Source: Octopus sinensis
Lineage: Eukaryota
Assembly: GCF_006345805.1 (NCBI RefSeq)
Contig: NW_021823969.1
Coordinates: 1-20,329 of the forward strand
Reading direction: 5' to 3'
Length of the DNA stretch: 20,329 nt
Shown: in pieces, positions 1 through 10,970 of the stretch
Numbering within the stretch: the stretch's first letter is position 1
Layout: each line of letters starts with the position of its first letter
The notes under the pieces: model-generated
Told to the model about the DNA's origin: nothing
Seen by the model: only the letters and a program-made list of their open reading frames with translations
The model's database searches: none
Translations under genes and position numbers: made by a program

Positions 1-6
1 CTATCA

Positions 7-48
<42 letters not shown>

Positions 49-64
49 AATCTCTATCTATCTC

Positions 65-136
<72 letters not shown>

Positions 137-150
137 CCTATCTATCTATA
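1..150. repeat. (TATC)n microsatellite
   Basis: Nearly pure ctat/tatc tetranucleotide run from the window start. Confidence 0.97.
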
Positions 151-531
151 TATTTTAGAAGAATTACCGCGCACTGGTATCTAGCGTTGCTTAGTGTTAT
201 ACCTAGTTGACATTCCCATAAATATATTCACCCTTCCTTCACTTTTCACTCAATATTCTTTCCTTCTCCCGTTTGGACCCATTCTGCATGTTTTCTTTTT
301 TTTAAACGTATTCAGTATATATTTACCCCTTCTCTCGATGGCTTATATTCTCGGGTGTCAACACTATCGCCGCCCACACTGTTTTCTCTAATGCTCGTTT
401 TTCGCCGAAGAAAGAAAGAAAGAAAAAAAACAGTAACGTAAATACCGAAACGAAACACAAACAAAACTTCCCACCTGTATTTTGTGATGTTGCAAGCATG
501 GCGGATATTTTATATCTCATCTCCTTCATAG

Positions 532-589
532 GTTACCGATAGCTCAGAATCAATGAAAATACGGCTGGCTACGATGTGTGCGTGCGTGT
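532..589 (+). CDS. Candidate host exon (VTDSSESMKIRLATMCACV), product unknown
   Basis: Pyrimidine-rich acceptor ttttatatctcatctccttcatAG (AG at 530-531). Only phase 0 is open. Canonical GTAAGT donor at 590, alternative GTGTGC at 576. No homology recognised. Confidence 0.3.
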
Positions 590-593
590 GTAA

Positions 594-718
594 GTGTGTG
601 TATGTGTGTGTGTGTGTGTTTATACATTCATTGATTCACATACATACACAAAAACATATATGAACACACATACACATACACACATATGTACACGCACACA
701 CGTGCGCACATACATACG

Positions 719-749
<31 letters not shown>

Positions 750-830
750 ACATATATACACACGTTTATGTATGTATGTACAGTTACACGTTAAAAAAAC
801 AAAAGAAATATATGTATATATATATATATT

Positions 831-862
<32 letters not shown>

Positions 863-980
863 ATGTATATATATTTGATAGAAATGTAGTAGTATGTACC
901 ACACACATATATTCATATATATACAAATATATATTATTTATACAAATACATGTATATATACATATATATGTTTTAACAAC

Positions 981-1024
<44 letters not shown>

Positions 1025-1125
1025 TATATATTTACATACATATACACAATATATATAATGCATATCTATATACAATATAACTGCACATATAAACGTATAT
1101 ATATAGATGTATGTATGTATGTATA
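594..1125. repeat. Compound (TG)/(CA)/(TATC)/(TA) microsatellite field
   Basis: Direct reading; it generates the spurious YI/IY/CV ORFs. Confidence 0.93.
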
Positions 1126-1483
1126 GGCGCATTATGTATATCCGTAAACCCGTGCAGGCATGTGCTGCATATCAAATTCAATACATGTTTATATTTGCAT
1201 TATAACAACGATAGATAAGCGGTCTTTAATGCCTTTTGTTATTGTTGTTGTTGTAGTTGTTATATTGGCTTTTGTTTGCTACACACGCATATATACGAAA
1301 TAATATGTTTGTAGAACCACACATATACGCACCTCCTTTTATAGATAACCTGAAACACATTTGACGTTATCTAATACATATGACATATACAGGAGATATC
1401 CTTATGAACATCTGTAGCTACAAGGATATTGAAACACACGCACACCTTTGTGTGCTTCTATATGCATATTTGCATATACGTAA

Positions 1484-1564
<81 letters not shown>

Positions 1565-1887
1565 TATATGCGTGTATGTGTTGTATGTGTGCAGAAGTTC
1601 TGAGAATTAAATAAATTCCCACTTGTATGTTACATTGAACTGGAATTTTTTTCCCTCCTCATGCTATCTCTGTATTTCTATCTCTCACCGTCTTTCTTTT
1701 TCTTGTTCACTTTCCGTCTTTCTGTTTTCTGTCTGTCTGTCTGTGTGTCTTTGTCTCTGTCTCTGTCTCTCTGTCTCTCTCTCTCTCTCTCCCAATTTCC
1801 CAATCTTTCTCTCTATCAGCTTTTCCTTCGTCACTGAGTCTTTTCTCGGCTCTCTTTTCCTTTTGTTGTCGCAATCTTTCCTCGTTT

Positions 1888-1931
1888 TATATGTATATGT
1901 ATATATATTTAGATGTATGTGTGTGTCTGTA

Positions 1932-1995
<64 letters not shown>

Positions 1996-2023
1996 ATATA
2001 TATACATACATACATATGGTTTG

Positions 2024-2083
<60 letters not shown>

Positions 2084-2084
2084 A

Positions 2085-2142
<58 letters not shown>

Positions 2143-2230
2143 TATCTATCTATCTCTATCTATATATATGCATATAGACATGCTTATATATATCGATAAT
2201 ATATATATATATAATATAATATATATATAT
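1888..2230. repeat. Compound (TA)/(TG)/(TC)/(TATC) microsatellite field
   Basis: Direct reading; (TATC)n at about 2024-2160. Confidence 0.93.
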
Positions 2231-2250
2231 TATATTTAAACAAATTTTAT

Positions 2251-2392
2251 TCAACAAAATCAATAACAATGTTTATAATGTTTTTAACGTTTAACAAAAA
2301 ACATCTTTAAATGACGGCCTGGAAATGGTGAATATGGTCCGGAATAATCATTTAAAGATGTTTTTGTTACATGTTGTTATTGTTTTTGTTGA
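2251..2392. repeat. Imperfect foldback (inverted repeat)
   Basis: taacaaaaaacatctttaaatga (about 2292-2314) pairs with tcatttaaagatgtttttgtta (2348-2369); tcaacaaaatcaataacaa (2251-2269) pairs with ttgttattgtttttgttga (about 2374-2392). Confidence 0.7.
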
Positions 2393-2566
2393 AAAAAATT
2401 AGTTGATTAAAAAAAGCCGCAATAATTATGCACCAACCCAATATGTATATGTGTAAGGGTGTAGGCTCGAAACGTTAAAGACTTTTTCACTTCCAGAGCG
2501 TTATACTAATACGTCTGTTTGTTGTCTACACTACCTGTCTTCGTTTTTTGTTTATTTGTGAATTCT

Positions 2567-2630
<64 letters not shown>

Positions 2631-2905
2631 TTGTGTATGTGTGTGTGTGTGCATGTGTGTGTGGTGTATGTATATTGTATATATATATATATGTATATAT
2701 GTATATATGTATATATGTATATATATGCATATATATGCATACACATATACACACATATATATTTCATGTACTGATCCGTGATAGAAAATTCAACCGAAAA
2801 GTACACCTTACATCACAATAATACGTGTATTAGAGTGTTGTTTACTGTCTGCCTTTTTTATATGCTGCCTTCTCAGTTCTTTCGCGTTTCTTCAATTCAA
2901 TTTCT

Positions 2906-2981
2906 TTAGTTAGTTACGATATGTGGTTTGCACCATCGATTGTCAAGTGATGGTGAGGGGACAAACACACACACACAGACA

Positions 2982-3014
<33 letters not shown>

Positions 3015-3129
3015 TATATATGGGTGTATGAAGTCTTGAGCTTCACAAAAACAAAACGTGGTACAAGACTTCTGATGAAGGCATAAGATTTCAAGGCTTA
3101 AAACTTTTCATACACCCCTCGTGTGTGTG

Positions 3130-3180
<51 letters not shown>

Positions 3181-3202
3181 GTATACATAATAAATTTAAA
3201 TA

Positions 3203-3249
<47 letters not shown>

Positions 3250-3388
3250 GTGTGCGTGCTTGTCACAAGGCTTTGGTCGGCCCGAGTCTTTAGTAGAAGA
3301 CGCTCGCCTAAGGTGCAACGCAGTGGGACTGAACTCGAACCATGTGTTTGGGAAGCAAGCTTCTTACAACAAAGCCACTCCTGCGCCT
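2906..3388 (-). mobile_element. tRNA-derived SINE (CORE-like), interrupted by microsatellite expansion and a 100-bp insert
   Basis: Minus strand reads aggcgcaggagtggctttgttgtaagaagc...ggttcgagttcagtcccactgcgttgcaccttaggcgagcgtcttctact (A/B-box-like head plus a CORE-like segment). The distal part at 2906-3000 (gtgtttgtcccctcaccatcacttgacaatcgatggtg) matches the plus-strand fragments at 19025 and 19711. Confidence 0.85.
3022..3122. mobile_element. Short TIR element (mariner-like MITE remnant) nested in the SINE
   Basis: Left end gggtgtatgaagtcttgagc versus the reverse complement of the right end cgaggggtgtatgaaaagttttaagc. Perfect 11-bp pair 3022-3032/3107-3117. A cgagggg start recalls mariner TIRs. 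Confidence 0.5.
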
Positions 3389-3542
3389 TTAATTTCGTAA
3401 TTAATTTCCAAATATATATAAGATTTATTCTGCATTTTTATTTCTGATTTCGTTTTTATATAAAAAAATAATTTGTGTATGGTGACATTAGATCTACATT
3501 TACACTGTAAGTAAGTGAGAATTTTCATTACGTTGTTGTGTC

Positions 3543-3600
3543 CCAGCATGGCCCCAGCTTCAAGCTGAAACCAGGATCAGAATTAGGGAGTAAAAGAATA
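3543..3600 (+). mobile_element. SINE 3' tail fragment
   Basis: ccagcatggccccag...ctgaaacc...gtaaaagaataa resembles the tail at 19860-19894 (cagcatggccgcagtcaaatgactgaaacaggtaa). Confidence 0.5.
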
Positions 3601-3747
3601 AGATTTCCTGCATCTAACACATCCCCCAGCATATTTTTACAGTCAGCCATTCAAAGTTTTTAGTAACCTACTCTTACTATAGATTTCACTAAGCTATAAG
3701 TTGGTTAATTGCTTCCTTAATTTTAGAGGTGATTATCTTATATTTTA

Positions 3748-3838
3748 TTTTTCGTTTTCATCTTTTAATTAGTCTCAGTCAACTGGCTGTGGCCATGCTG
3801 AGGTACCGTCTTGAAGGTTATAGCCAATAACAAATCGA
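3748..3838 (-). mobile_element. SINE 3' tail fragment
   Basis: Reverse complement ttcaagacggtacctcagcatggccacagccagttgactgagactaattaaaagatg matches 19846-19894. Confidence 0.7.
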
Positions 3839-3840
3839 TT

Positions 3841-3970
<130 letters not shown>

Positions 3971-4515
3971 ATTGGAGACAAACACTTTCCTCTCTGGTCA
4001 ATCTCTCATCAACTTCTTCAAGTACCACTTGAAAAGGAAAGTGAGAGTAGAGAGGCAAGTTTTGTCTAGCGAATGTTTAAAAAAAGATGGGTGAATGTAG
4101 CAAGAATGGCACGTATGAATGACGAAGCCACCTTGAGCATGATCCTATGAACCCAGAAATTGAAAACAGAGAGTTGCTTATTCGCAAAAAAAAAAAAATA
4201 TAACATGTGACTCCATTGACCGAGGTTACCGTGGTCTTTTCCGTAGGCTTTTCTTTCCACGGGTAAACCTCACCTGTCCTCCCCTTTACACTTCATATTG
4301 ACATTTCTGTGATAACGATCCCTATTGATCAATTTTTTTTTCCTTTCCCCCTTTTTTTTAGCCCCCCCTTTTTTTTGTCCTCTTTCTCTCCTTTTACGAT
4401 CCCTTTTGATCGAAACTCCCCCTTCCTTTTTTTTTTTTTTAAACCTTCAAAAGAAAAGCTCTACCTTGTAACTTGTTCTATCTGTGTGCAGCCCTGTGTG
4501 GCTAATAAAGAAACA

Positions 4516-4604
<89 letters not shown>
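4516..4604. repeat. (TATC)n microsatellite
   Basis: Direct reading. Confidence 0.97.
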
Positions 4605-4619
4605 GGCCATTTTTCTTTC

Positions 4620-5035
4620 TTCTCCTAACTTGTGCTTCTTTCTTCCTGTTTCAGCTGGACAGGGAAGCCGTATTGTCCTCTGTCTCCTGTCCAGACTCGT
4701 TTCTTCGCATTCGCCACCACAACCTCGTTTAGACTTTGCAGCCCTTCCTGTTTGTTTTTACCGACCTGTTTTTGTCACCAATCTTGACCCTCCACATGAT
4801 CGCAAGTTTTATTTTATTTGCTTTGCGGGAGCAACTGTTTTATCGAAGGCGTATCTTGTGGATAGTTCGAATTACGGATTAGAAAAACAGCCGATAACTG
4901 ATGAAGGGTCATTCTTCGTGTTGCTTGCCTTCTTTTCTATTTGTTTCTTTCGTTGCTTGCAAGAAACGTCCTTATTCCATGTCCTCGTACTTCACTTTCG
5001 GTTGATTATGTTTTGTGACGTCCTGTGCCCACATA
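4620..5035 (+). repeat. Unclassified dispersed repeat
   Basis: 4864-4962 (acagccgataactgatgaagggtcattcttcgtgttgcttgcc) aligns with the reverse complement of about 13490-13590 (acagccaacaacttatgaagggtcgttctttatgttacttgtcc). The 5' boundary is approximate. Confidence 0.6.
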
Positions 5036-5470
5036 TGCATTTGTATATATGCATATATAATATATATATATATTATTTATATCATTATATATATATATAT
5101 ATATACTATTTTTTTTATTATTCGTCGAAGCCTAATTCAATCCTCCAAAACATGAAACAAAGCAAACTTTAAGGTTATGGAAACTAAAAAAATAAGATGG
5201 CTACGAAATATAAATAATGACAAGTTTCCAAACGTTAGATAGGACATCAAAAGAAGAACATCAGCAGCAACAACAACAAAAACAGCAGCAGCAGGAAAAA
5301 CAACAAAATATAATGGGAATTTGTCAAACGTAGAAATAGGAAAATATATGAAGGTATATATGTGTGTTTAGGGAGTGTGGAATCTGTGTATGCACAGAAA
5401 CACATAACTCATGACAGTGGTAGTGGGCGGGACTTTGAAGGGGCAATAAAGGATTTCCTAGGTTAGAAAA

Positions 5471-5473
<3 letters not shown>

Positions 5474-5538
<65 letters not shown>

Positions 5539-5565
5539 GACATATACACATATATACATACATAC

Positions 5566-5598
<33 letters not shown>

Positions 5599-5984
5599 CG
5601 TTATATGTATGTCTATATAATATATACATATGTATGTGGTTTATGCATATGATATATAATATACATAATATATATATATATATATTATTTATATAGAATA
5701 TACATATATATATTTATATATACGTACATTATATATATAATATAATTATATATATATATATTTATTATATATAATATATATAATATAATATTTATATATA
5801 ATATACATAATATACATATATATATATAATGTATGTGCATATGTATCTATATACATACAAATACGAAAATGTACATATAATGTATGTTTATATGTGCGTG
5901 TATATAATGTATATATATATATTTATATTATAGACATGCATATAACGTATATTTTTATACAAGCATATCGTATGTATAAATACA

Positions 5985-6055
<71 letters not shown>

Positions 6056-6150
6056 AAATGTATAATACTTTATGTATAAACACACATATATATAAGTATA
6101 TATACAAATATATATATAAGTATATATATATATAAGTATACATACATATA
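5474..6150. repeat. (CA)/(TA)-rich low-complexity field
   Basis: Direct reading. Confidence 0.92.
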
Positions 6151-6624
6151 AGTGCACAAATATCGTATAGTAAATACGTACGGTATCAAGAAGAGGCAAA
6201 TCGGAAACTACCAGAAACGACTCACCTATAACAGTTGGAGGTAGGAAATATAGGAAAAAAAACGCGAATAACAACACAAACAAAAACAAAAACGAAAAAA
6301 ACACATACATAAGCAGTAGTAACAGAAACAAACCGAAACAACCCATTCTTTTGTCATGTGAATCCAATTCAAATAGATAGATAGATAGATAGATAAATAA
6401 ATAAATAAATAAATAAAAGCGAAGGAATATAGATGGCAGCGTGAGTGGGGGTGGCGGCGGTGGTTGTGAGGGGTTGTGGTTTGGTATAGCGAGAAAATCA
6501 TTGTATCGTTCGAAAATATGTAATAAATAAGAAACAAAGTAAAATAGAATAGAACAATGCGATGCAAACGATAAGAGCAACAAGTAGAACAATAACATGG
6601 ATAACTACAAAAATGATAATAATG

Positions 6625-6717
6625 GGTTTCAAATTTCGGCACAAGGCCAGCAATTTCGCGATACGAGGGTTAATCGATTACGTGTGTTAAGAATTCTGCC
6701 AGCTCGCGGACTTAGTA
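6625..6717 (-). mobile_element. Internally deleted or chimeric tRNA-derived SINE (aaggcggcgagctggcag-type family)
   Basis: tttcaaatttcggcacaaggccagcaattt...aatcgattac (tail) is joined directly to gtgtgttaagaattctgccagctcgc (head). Compare the copies at 10755-10970 and 20086-20262. Confidence 0.75.
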
Positions 6718-6721
6718 ATAA

Positions 6722-6723
6722 AG

Positions 6724-6774
<51 letters not shown>

Positions 6775-6786
6775 TAATAATAATAA
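6722..6786. repeat. (TAA)n at the 5' flank of R4/Dong copy 1
   Basis: Direct reading. Confidence 0.95.
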
Positions 6787-9140
6787 CTGGAAGGCACCTG
6801 GGCATGACAAGATCCCCAACTTCTGGTTGAAATATCTAACAGGAATGCAGAAAAAGCTGGCTGAAAAATTTAACAGCATACTAGCAGAGCCAGAGACAAT
6901 GCCTGAATGGCTCACGAAGGGGAAAACCATCTTAATTCCCAATCAAATGAAACAACAAAACCAGAAACTACAGACCAATAACCTGCCTCCCTACTATGTT
7001 CAAGGCATTTACTGCAGTGATAACGCAAAGGCTGAACAAGCACCTGGACGAAAACAAACTGTTCCCAGAAGAGCAGAAAGGATGCCGCAAGGGCTCATAT
7101 GGCTGTAAAGATCAACTAATGATTAATAAAGCCGTAACTGAAGACAGCCACAGAAAGAAGAAAGGCCTCAGTATGGCCTGGATTGACTACAAAAAGGCGT
7201 TTGATAGCATCCCCCACACATGGATCCTCGAAACACTAGCCATTAACAAAGTAGCACCAACAATCATAAAATTCATAGAGCACTCTATGAATAAATGGCA
7301 AACAGTCCTACACCTCCAAACAAAAGAGGGACCATGAAAACCAAAGACATCCCCATTAGAAGAGGAATATTCCAGGGAGACACGCTCTCTCCACTCCTTT
7401 TCTGCTTGGCACTGTCACCTCTATCTGATATGCTAAATAGAATTGGATGCGGATATAAATGTTACGGGAAAACGATCAGCCACCTTTTATATATGGATGA
7501 CCTAAAACTATACGCTGCAAATGACAAACAGCTGGAAACACTATTAAAGACAGTTCATGGATTTACCAAAGAAATAGATATGAAATTTGGATTAGAAAAA
7601 TGCGCCAAAGTACCATGAAAAGAGGAAAACTAGTTAAGAGTAACAACATCACACTAGATAAAACCAATGAAATAAAAGAATTAGACCAAAGCCAAACTTA
7701 CAAATACTTAGGAATCCATGAACTAGATAAGACACAACACACACAAATGAAAGAGAAAATAAAAAAGAATATTATAGACGAGTTAGATCAATACTAAAAA
7801 CAGGCTCAATGCTAAAAACAAGATAATAGGTATCAACACTTTAGCTGTCCCAGTTAAGTTACAGCTACAATATCCTTAACTGGACACGAAATGAACTGTC
7901 CAAAATAGATAGGAAAACAAGAAAAATACTGACAGGATCTAGGATGCATCACCCAAAATCTGACATAGAAAGACTATATATACAACGTATAGAAGGTGGT
8001 AGAGGCCTTATACAGCTGGAAAACTACATAAAATAACCACCATAGGACTGCAAAAATACCTACTTCAGAAGGAAGGAAAACTGATCCAGATAGCAGCAAA
8101 ACACGAGCAAAACAAAAAACTGTTCTCAGTTATTTAAGGAAGCTGACAAATACAAACAAGAAATCATACCACCTAATAAACACAAAGAAGAAGAAGAGAT
8201 GATGAAGAAACAACAAAAGCTATAAAACAAATGAAATCCAAACTAAAATAGAACAGCAACGAGCCATGATAAAACGATGGCAAGAAAAGCCCCTTCATGG
8301 TAAATACTGCACTAAACTAAACGCAAAAGAAATAGACAAAGAAAAATCCCAGCAATGGTTGAGAAGCTCAGGACTCAAAGCAGAAACAGAGGGATTTTTA
8401 ATTGCAGCACAAGACCAAAGCCTCCCCACCAGAAATTACCAAAAACATGTAATGAAAAGAAATATTACAAGTAACTGCAGAATATGTGGAGATGGACAAG
8501 AAACAAAAATCATATTATCTCTAGCTGCCCAGTCCTGGCTAAGAAGGAATATATTCACAGACATGACAGAGTTGGAACCTACATACATTGGAAGCTATGC
8601 CAACATTATGGAATAACAACAGAAAAAAGATGGTATAGGCACACACCAGAAAAGGTCACAGAAAACGAGAAAGCAACCATACTCTGGGATATACCGATAC
8701 ACACAGATAGAGAAATTAAGGCCAACAGACCAGATATAGTTGTCAGAGATCATGAAGAAAAAAAATGCTTTCTAATTGATGTATCAATACCTACAGATGA
8801 CAGACAGTGTTCTCTAAAAGAAATGGAGAAATCTCAAAATACAAAGACCTGGAAATAGAGGTAACTAGAATGTGGAACCTGAAAACAGAAACAATTCCTA
8901 TCATAGTAGGTGCATTAGGCATGATAAAAAATATTCAGACAAATACATAACAAAAACACCAGGACTTACAAACACATATGACATACAGAAAATTGCAACT
9001 ACTAGGCACTGCACACATCCTACGCAGAACACTTTCCATACAATAACCATCAGAGCATCACAACAAATCACAGCACATACCCAAGGTGCACAGAGCTGCG
9101 CTCGGTAGTGAAGTGAAAGCACGCTATAAAAATAAAACTA

Positions 9141-9143
<3 letters not shown>
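6785..9143 (+). mobile_element. R4/Dong-clade non-LTR retrotransposon, copy 1; 5'-truncated and frameshifted (RT, CCHC, restriction-like endonuclease)
   Basis: Stitched frames give NWKAPGHDKIPNFWLK, EEQKGCRKGSYGCKDQLMINK, WIDYKKAFDSIPHTW, RRGIFQGDTLSPLLFC, HLLYMDDLKLY (about 7481-7513), FGLEKCAKV, CRICG..ET..HIISSC, RHDRV, NRPDIVV, FLIDVSIP. Stop TAA at 9044-9046, a 3' UTR of about 97 bp, then a (TAA)n tail. Confidence 0.93.

Positions 9144-9199
<56 letters not shown>
9144..9199. repeat. (TAA)n tail of copy 1 and junction to copy 2
   Basis: Direct reading. Confidence 0.95.
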
Positions 9200-9200
<1 letters not shown>

Positions 9201-10685
9201 GAAAGAATACTATAGACGAGTTAGATCAATACTGAAAACAGCTCAATGCTAAAAACAAGATAATAAGTAATAACACTTTAGCCGTCCCAGTTCCCAGTTA
9301 TAATATCCTTAACTGGACACTAAATGAACTAACCAAAATATCCTTAACTGGACACAAAATTAACTAACCAAATATTCTTAACTGGACACTAAATGAACTA
9401 CAATATCCTTAACTGGACACTAAATGAACAATTTCCTTAACTGGACACTAAATGAGCTAACCAAAATAGACAGGAAAACAAGAAAAATAATGACAGGATC
9501 TAGGATGCACCACCCAAAATCTGACATAGAAAGGCTATATATACAACTTATAGAAGGTGGTAGAGGCCTTTTACAACTGGAAAATTATTGTAAAATAACC
9601 ACCATAGGACTGCAAAAATACCTTCTTCAGAAGCTAAGAAAACTAATACAACTAGTCACAAAACACGAGCAAAACAAAAAACTGTTTTCAGTATTTAAGG
9701 AAGCTGGCAAATACAAACAAGAAATCATACTACCTAACAAATATGAAGAAGAAGAAGAGAAACAACAAAAGCTATAAAACAAATGAAATCCAAACTAAAA
9801 CTAGAACAGCAACGGACAATGATAAAACGATGGCAAGAAAAGCCCCTTCATGGCAAATACTGGGCTAAACTAAATGCAAAAGAAATAGACAGAGAAAAAT
9901 TCTAGCAATGGTTGAGAAGCTCAGGACTCAAAGCAGAGACTGAAGGACTTTTAATTGCAGCACAAGACCAAAGCCTCCCCACAAGAAATTACCCAAAACA
10001 TGTAATGAAAAGAAACATAACAAGTAACTGCGGAATATGTGGAGATGGAGAAGAAACAATAAATCATATTATCTCTGGCTGCCCAGTCCTGGAAAAGAAG
10101 GAATATATTCACAGACACGACAGGGTTAGGACCTACATACACTGGAAGCTATGCCAACACTATAGAATAACACCAGCAAAAAGATGGTATAGGCACACGC
10201 CAGAAAAGGTCACAGAAAGCAAGAAAACAACCATTCTCTGGGATATGCCAATACACACAGATAGAGAAATTAAGGCCAATAGGCCCGATATAGTTGTCAG
10301 AGATCTTGAAGAAAAAAAATGCTTTCTAATTGATGTATTAATACCAGCAGATGACAACGTGTCTCTAAAAGAAATGGAGAAACTTTCAAAATACAAAGAC
10401 CTGGAAATAGAAGTAACTCAAATGTGGAAACAATTCGTATCATAGTAGGCGCATTAGGTATGATAAAAATTATTCAGACAAATACATAACAAAAACATCA
10501 GGACTTACAAATATATATATATAACATACAGAAAATTGCACTATTGGACACTGCACACATCCTACGCAAAACACTTTCAATGCAGTAACCATAAGAGCAT
10601 CACAGCAAACCACAGCACATACCCAAGGCACACAGAGCTGCGCTCGGTAGTGAAGTGAAAGCACGCTATAAAAATAAAACTACTC

Positions 10686-10686
<1 letters not shown>
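9195..10686 (+). mobile_element. R4/Dong-clade non-LTR retrotransposon, copy 2; more deeply 5'-truncated
   Basis: Colinear with copy 1 from about 7758 onward. SSGLKAETEG..AAQDQSLPTRNY, CGICGDGEETINHIISGC, RHDRV, NRPDIVV..LIDV, KYKDLEIEV. 13-nt deletion at about 10427 between gaa repeats. Stop at 10586-10588 and the same 3' UTR (gctgcgctcggtagtgaagtgaaagcacgctataaaaataaaactact). Confidence 0.93.
9302..9465 (+). repeat. Five-unit 28-35 bp minisatellite inside copy 2
   Basis: Unit aatatccttaactggacactaaatgaact starts at 9302, 9337, 9371, 9402 and 9430. It occurs once in copy 1 (about 7869). Confidence 0.92.

Positions 10687-10754
<68 letters not shown>
10687..10754. repeat. (TAA)n tail of copy 2
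   Basis: Direct reading. Confidence 0.96.
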
Positions 10755-10970
10755 CCTTTCTACTATAGGCACAAGGCCTGAAATTTTTGGGGGAGTGGCC
10801 AGTCGATTAAATCGACTCTAGTACACAATTGTCACTTAATTTATCGCTCCCGTAAAGATGAAAGGCAAAGTCTACCTCGGCGGAATTTGAACTCAGAACA
10901 TTAGGACAGACGATAAGCATGCCGGTAAGCATTTTGCCCGGCGTGTTAAGAATTCAGCCAGCTCGCAAAC
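10755..10970 (-). mobile_element. Near full-length tRNA-derived SINE
   Basis: Reverse complement: gcgagctggctgaattcttaacacgccgggcaaaatgcttacc...gttctgagttcaaattccgccgaggtagactttgcctttcatc...ggccttgtgcctatagtagaaagg followed by (att)n. The B-box-like gagttcaaattcc is present. Homologous to 20086-20262. Confidence 0.88.

Noticed and set aside
4885-4960. CTGATGA at about 4896 as a hammerhead core
   Set aside because: No correctly placed stem II and GAAA could be paired, and the homologous copy near 13550 reads CTTATGA.
4309-5172. 287-aa ORF
   Set aside because: It runs through poly-T, (TATC)n and a dispersed repeat, with no recognisable domain.
6785-9046. Intact or active retrotransposon
   Set aside because: It is 5'-truncated at the start of the RT region and split by many frameshifts.
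9302-9465. CRISPR-like repeated 28-35 bp units
   Set aside because: There are no unique spacers, the unit derives from the retrotransposon ORF, and the context is eukaryotic.
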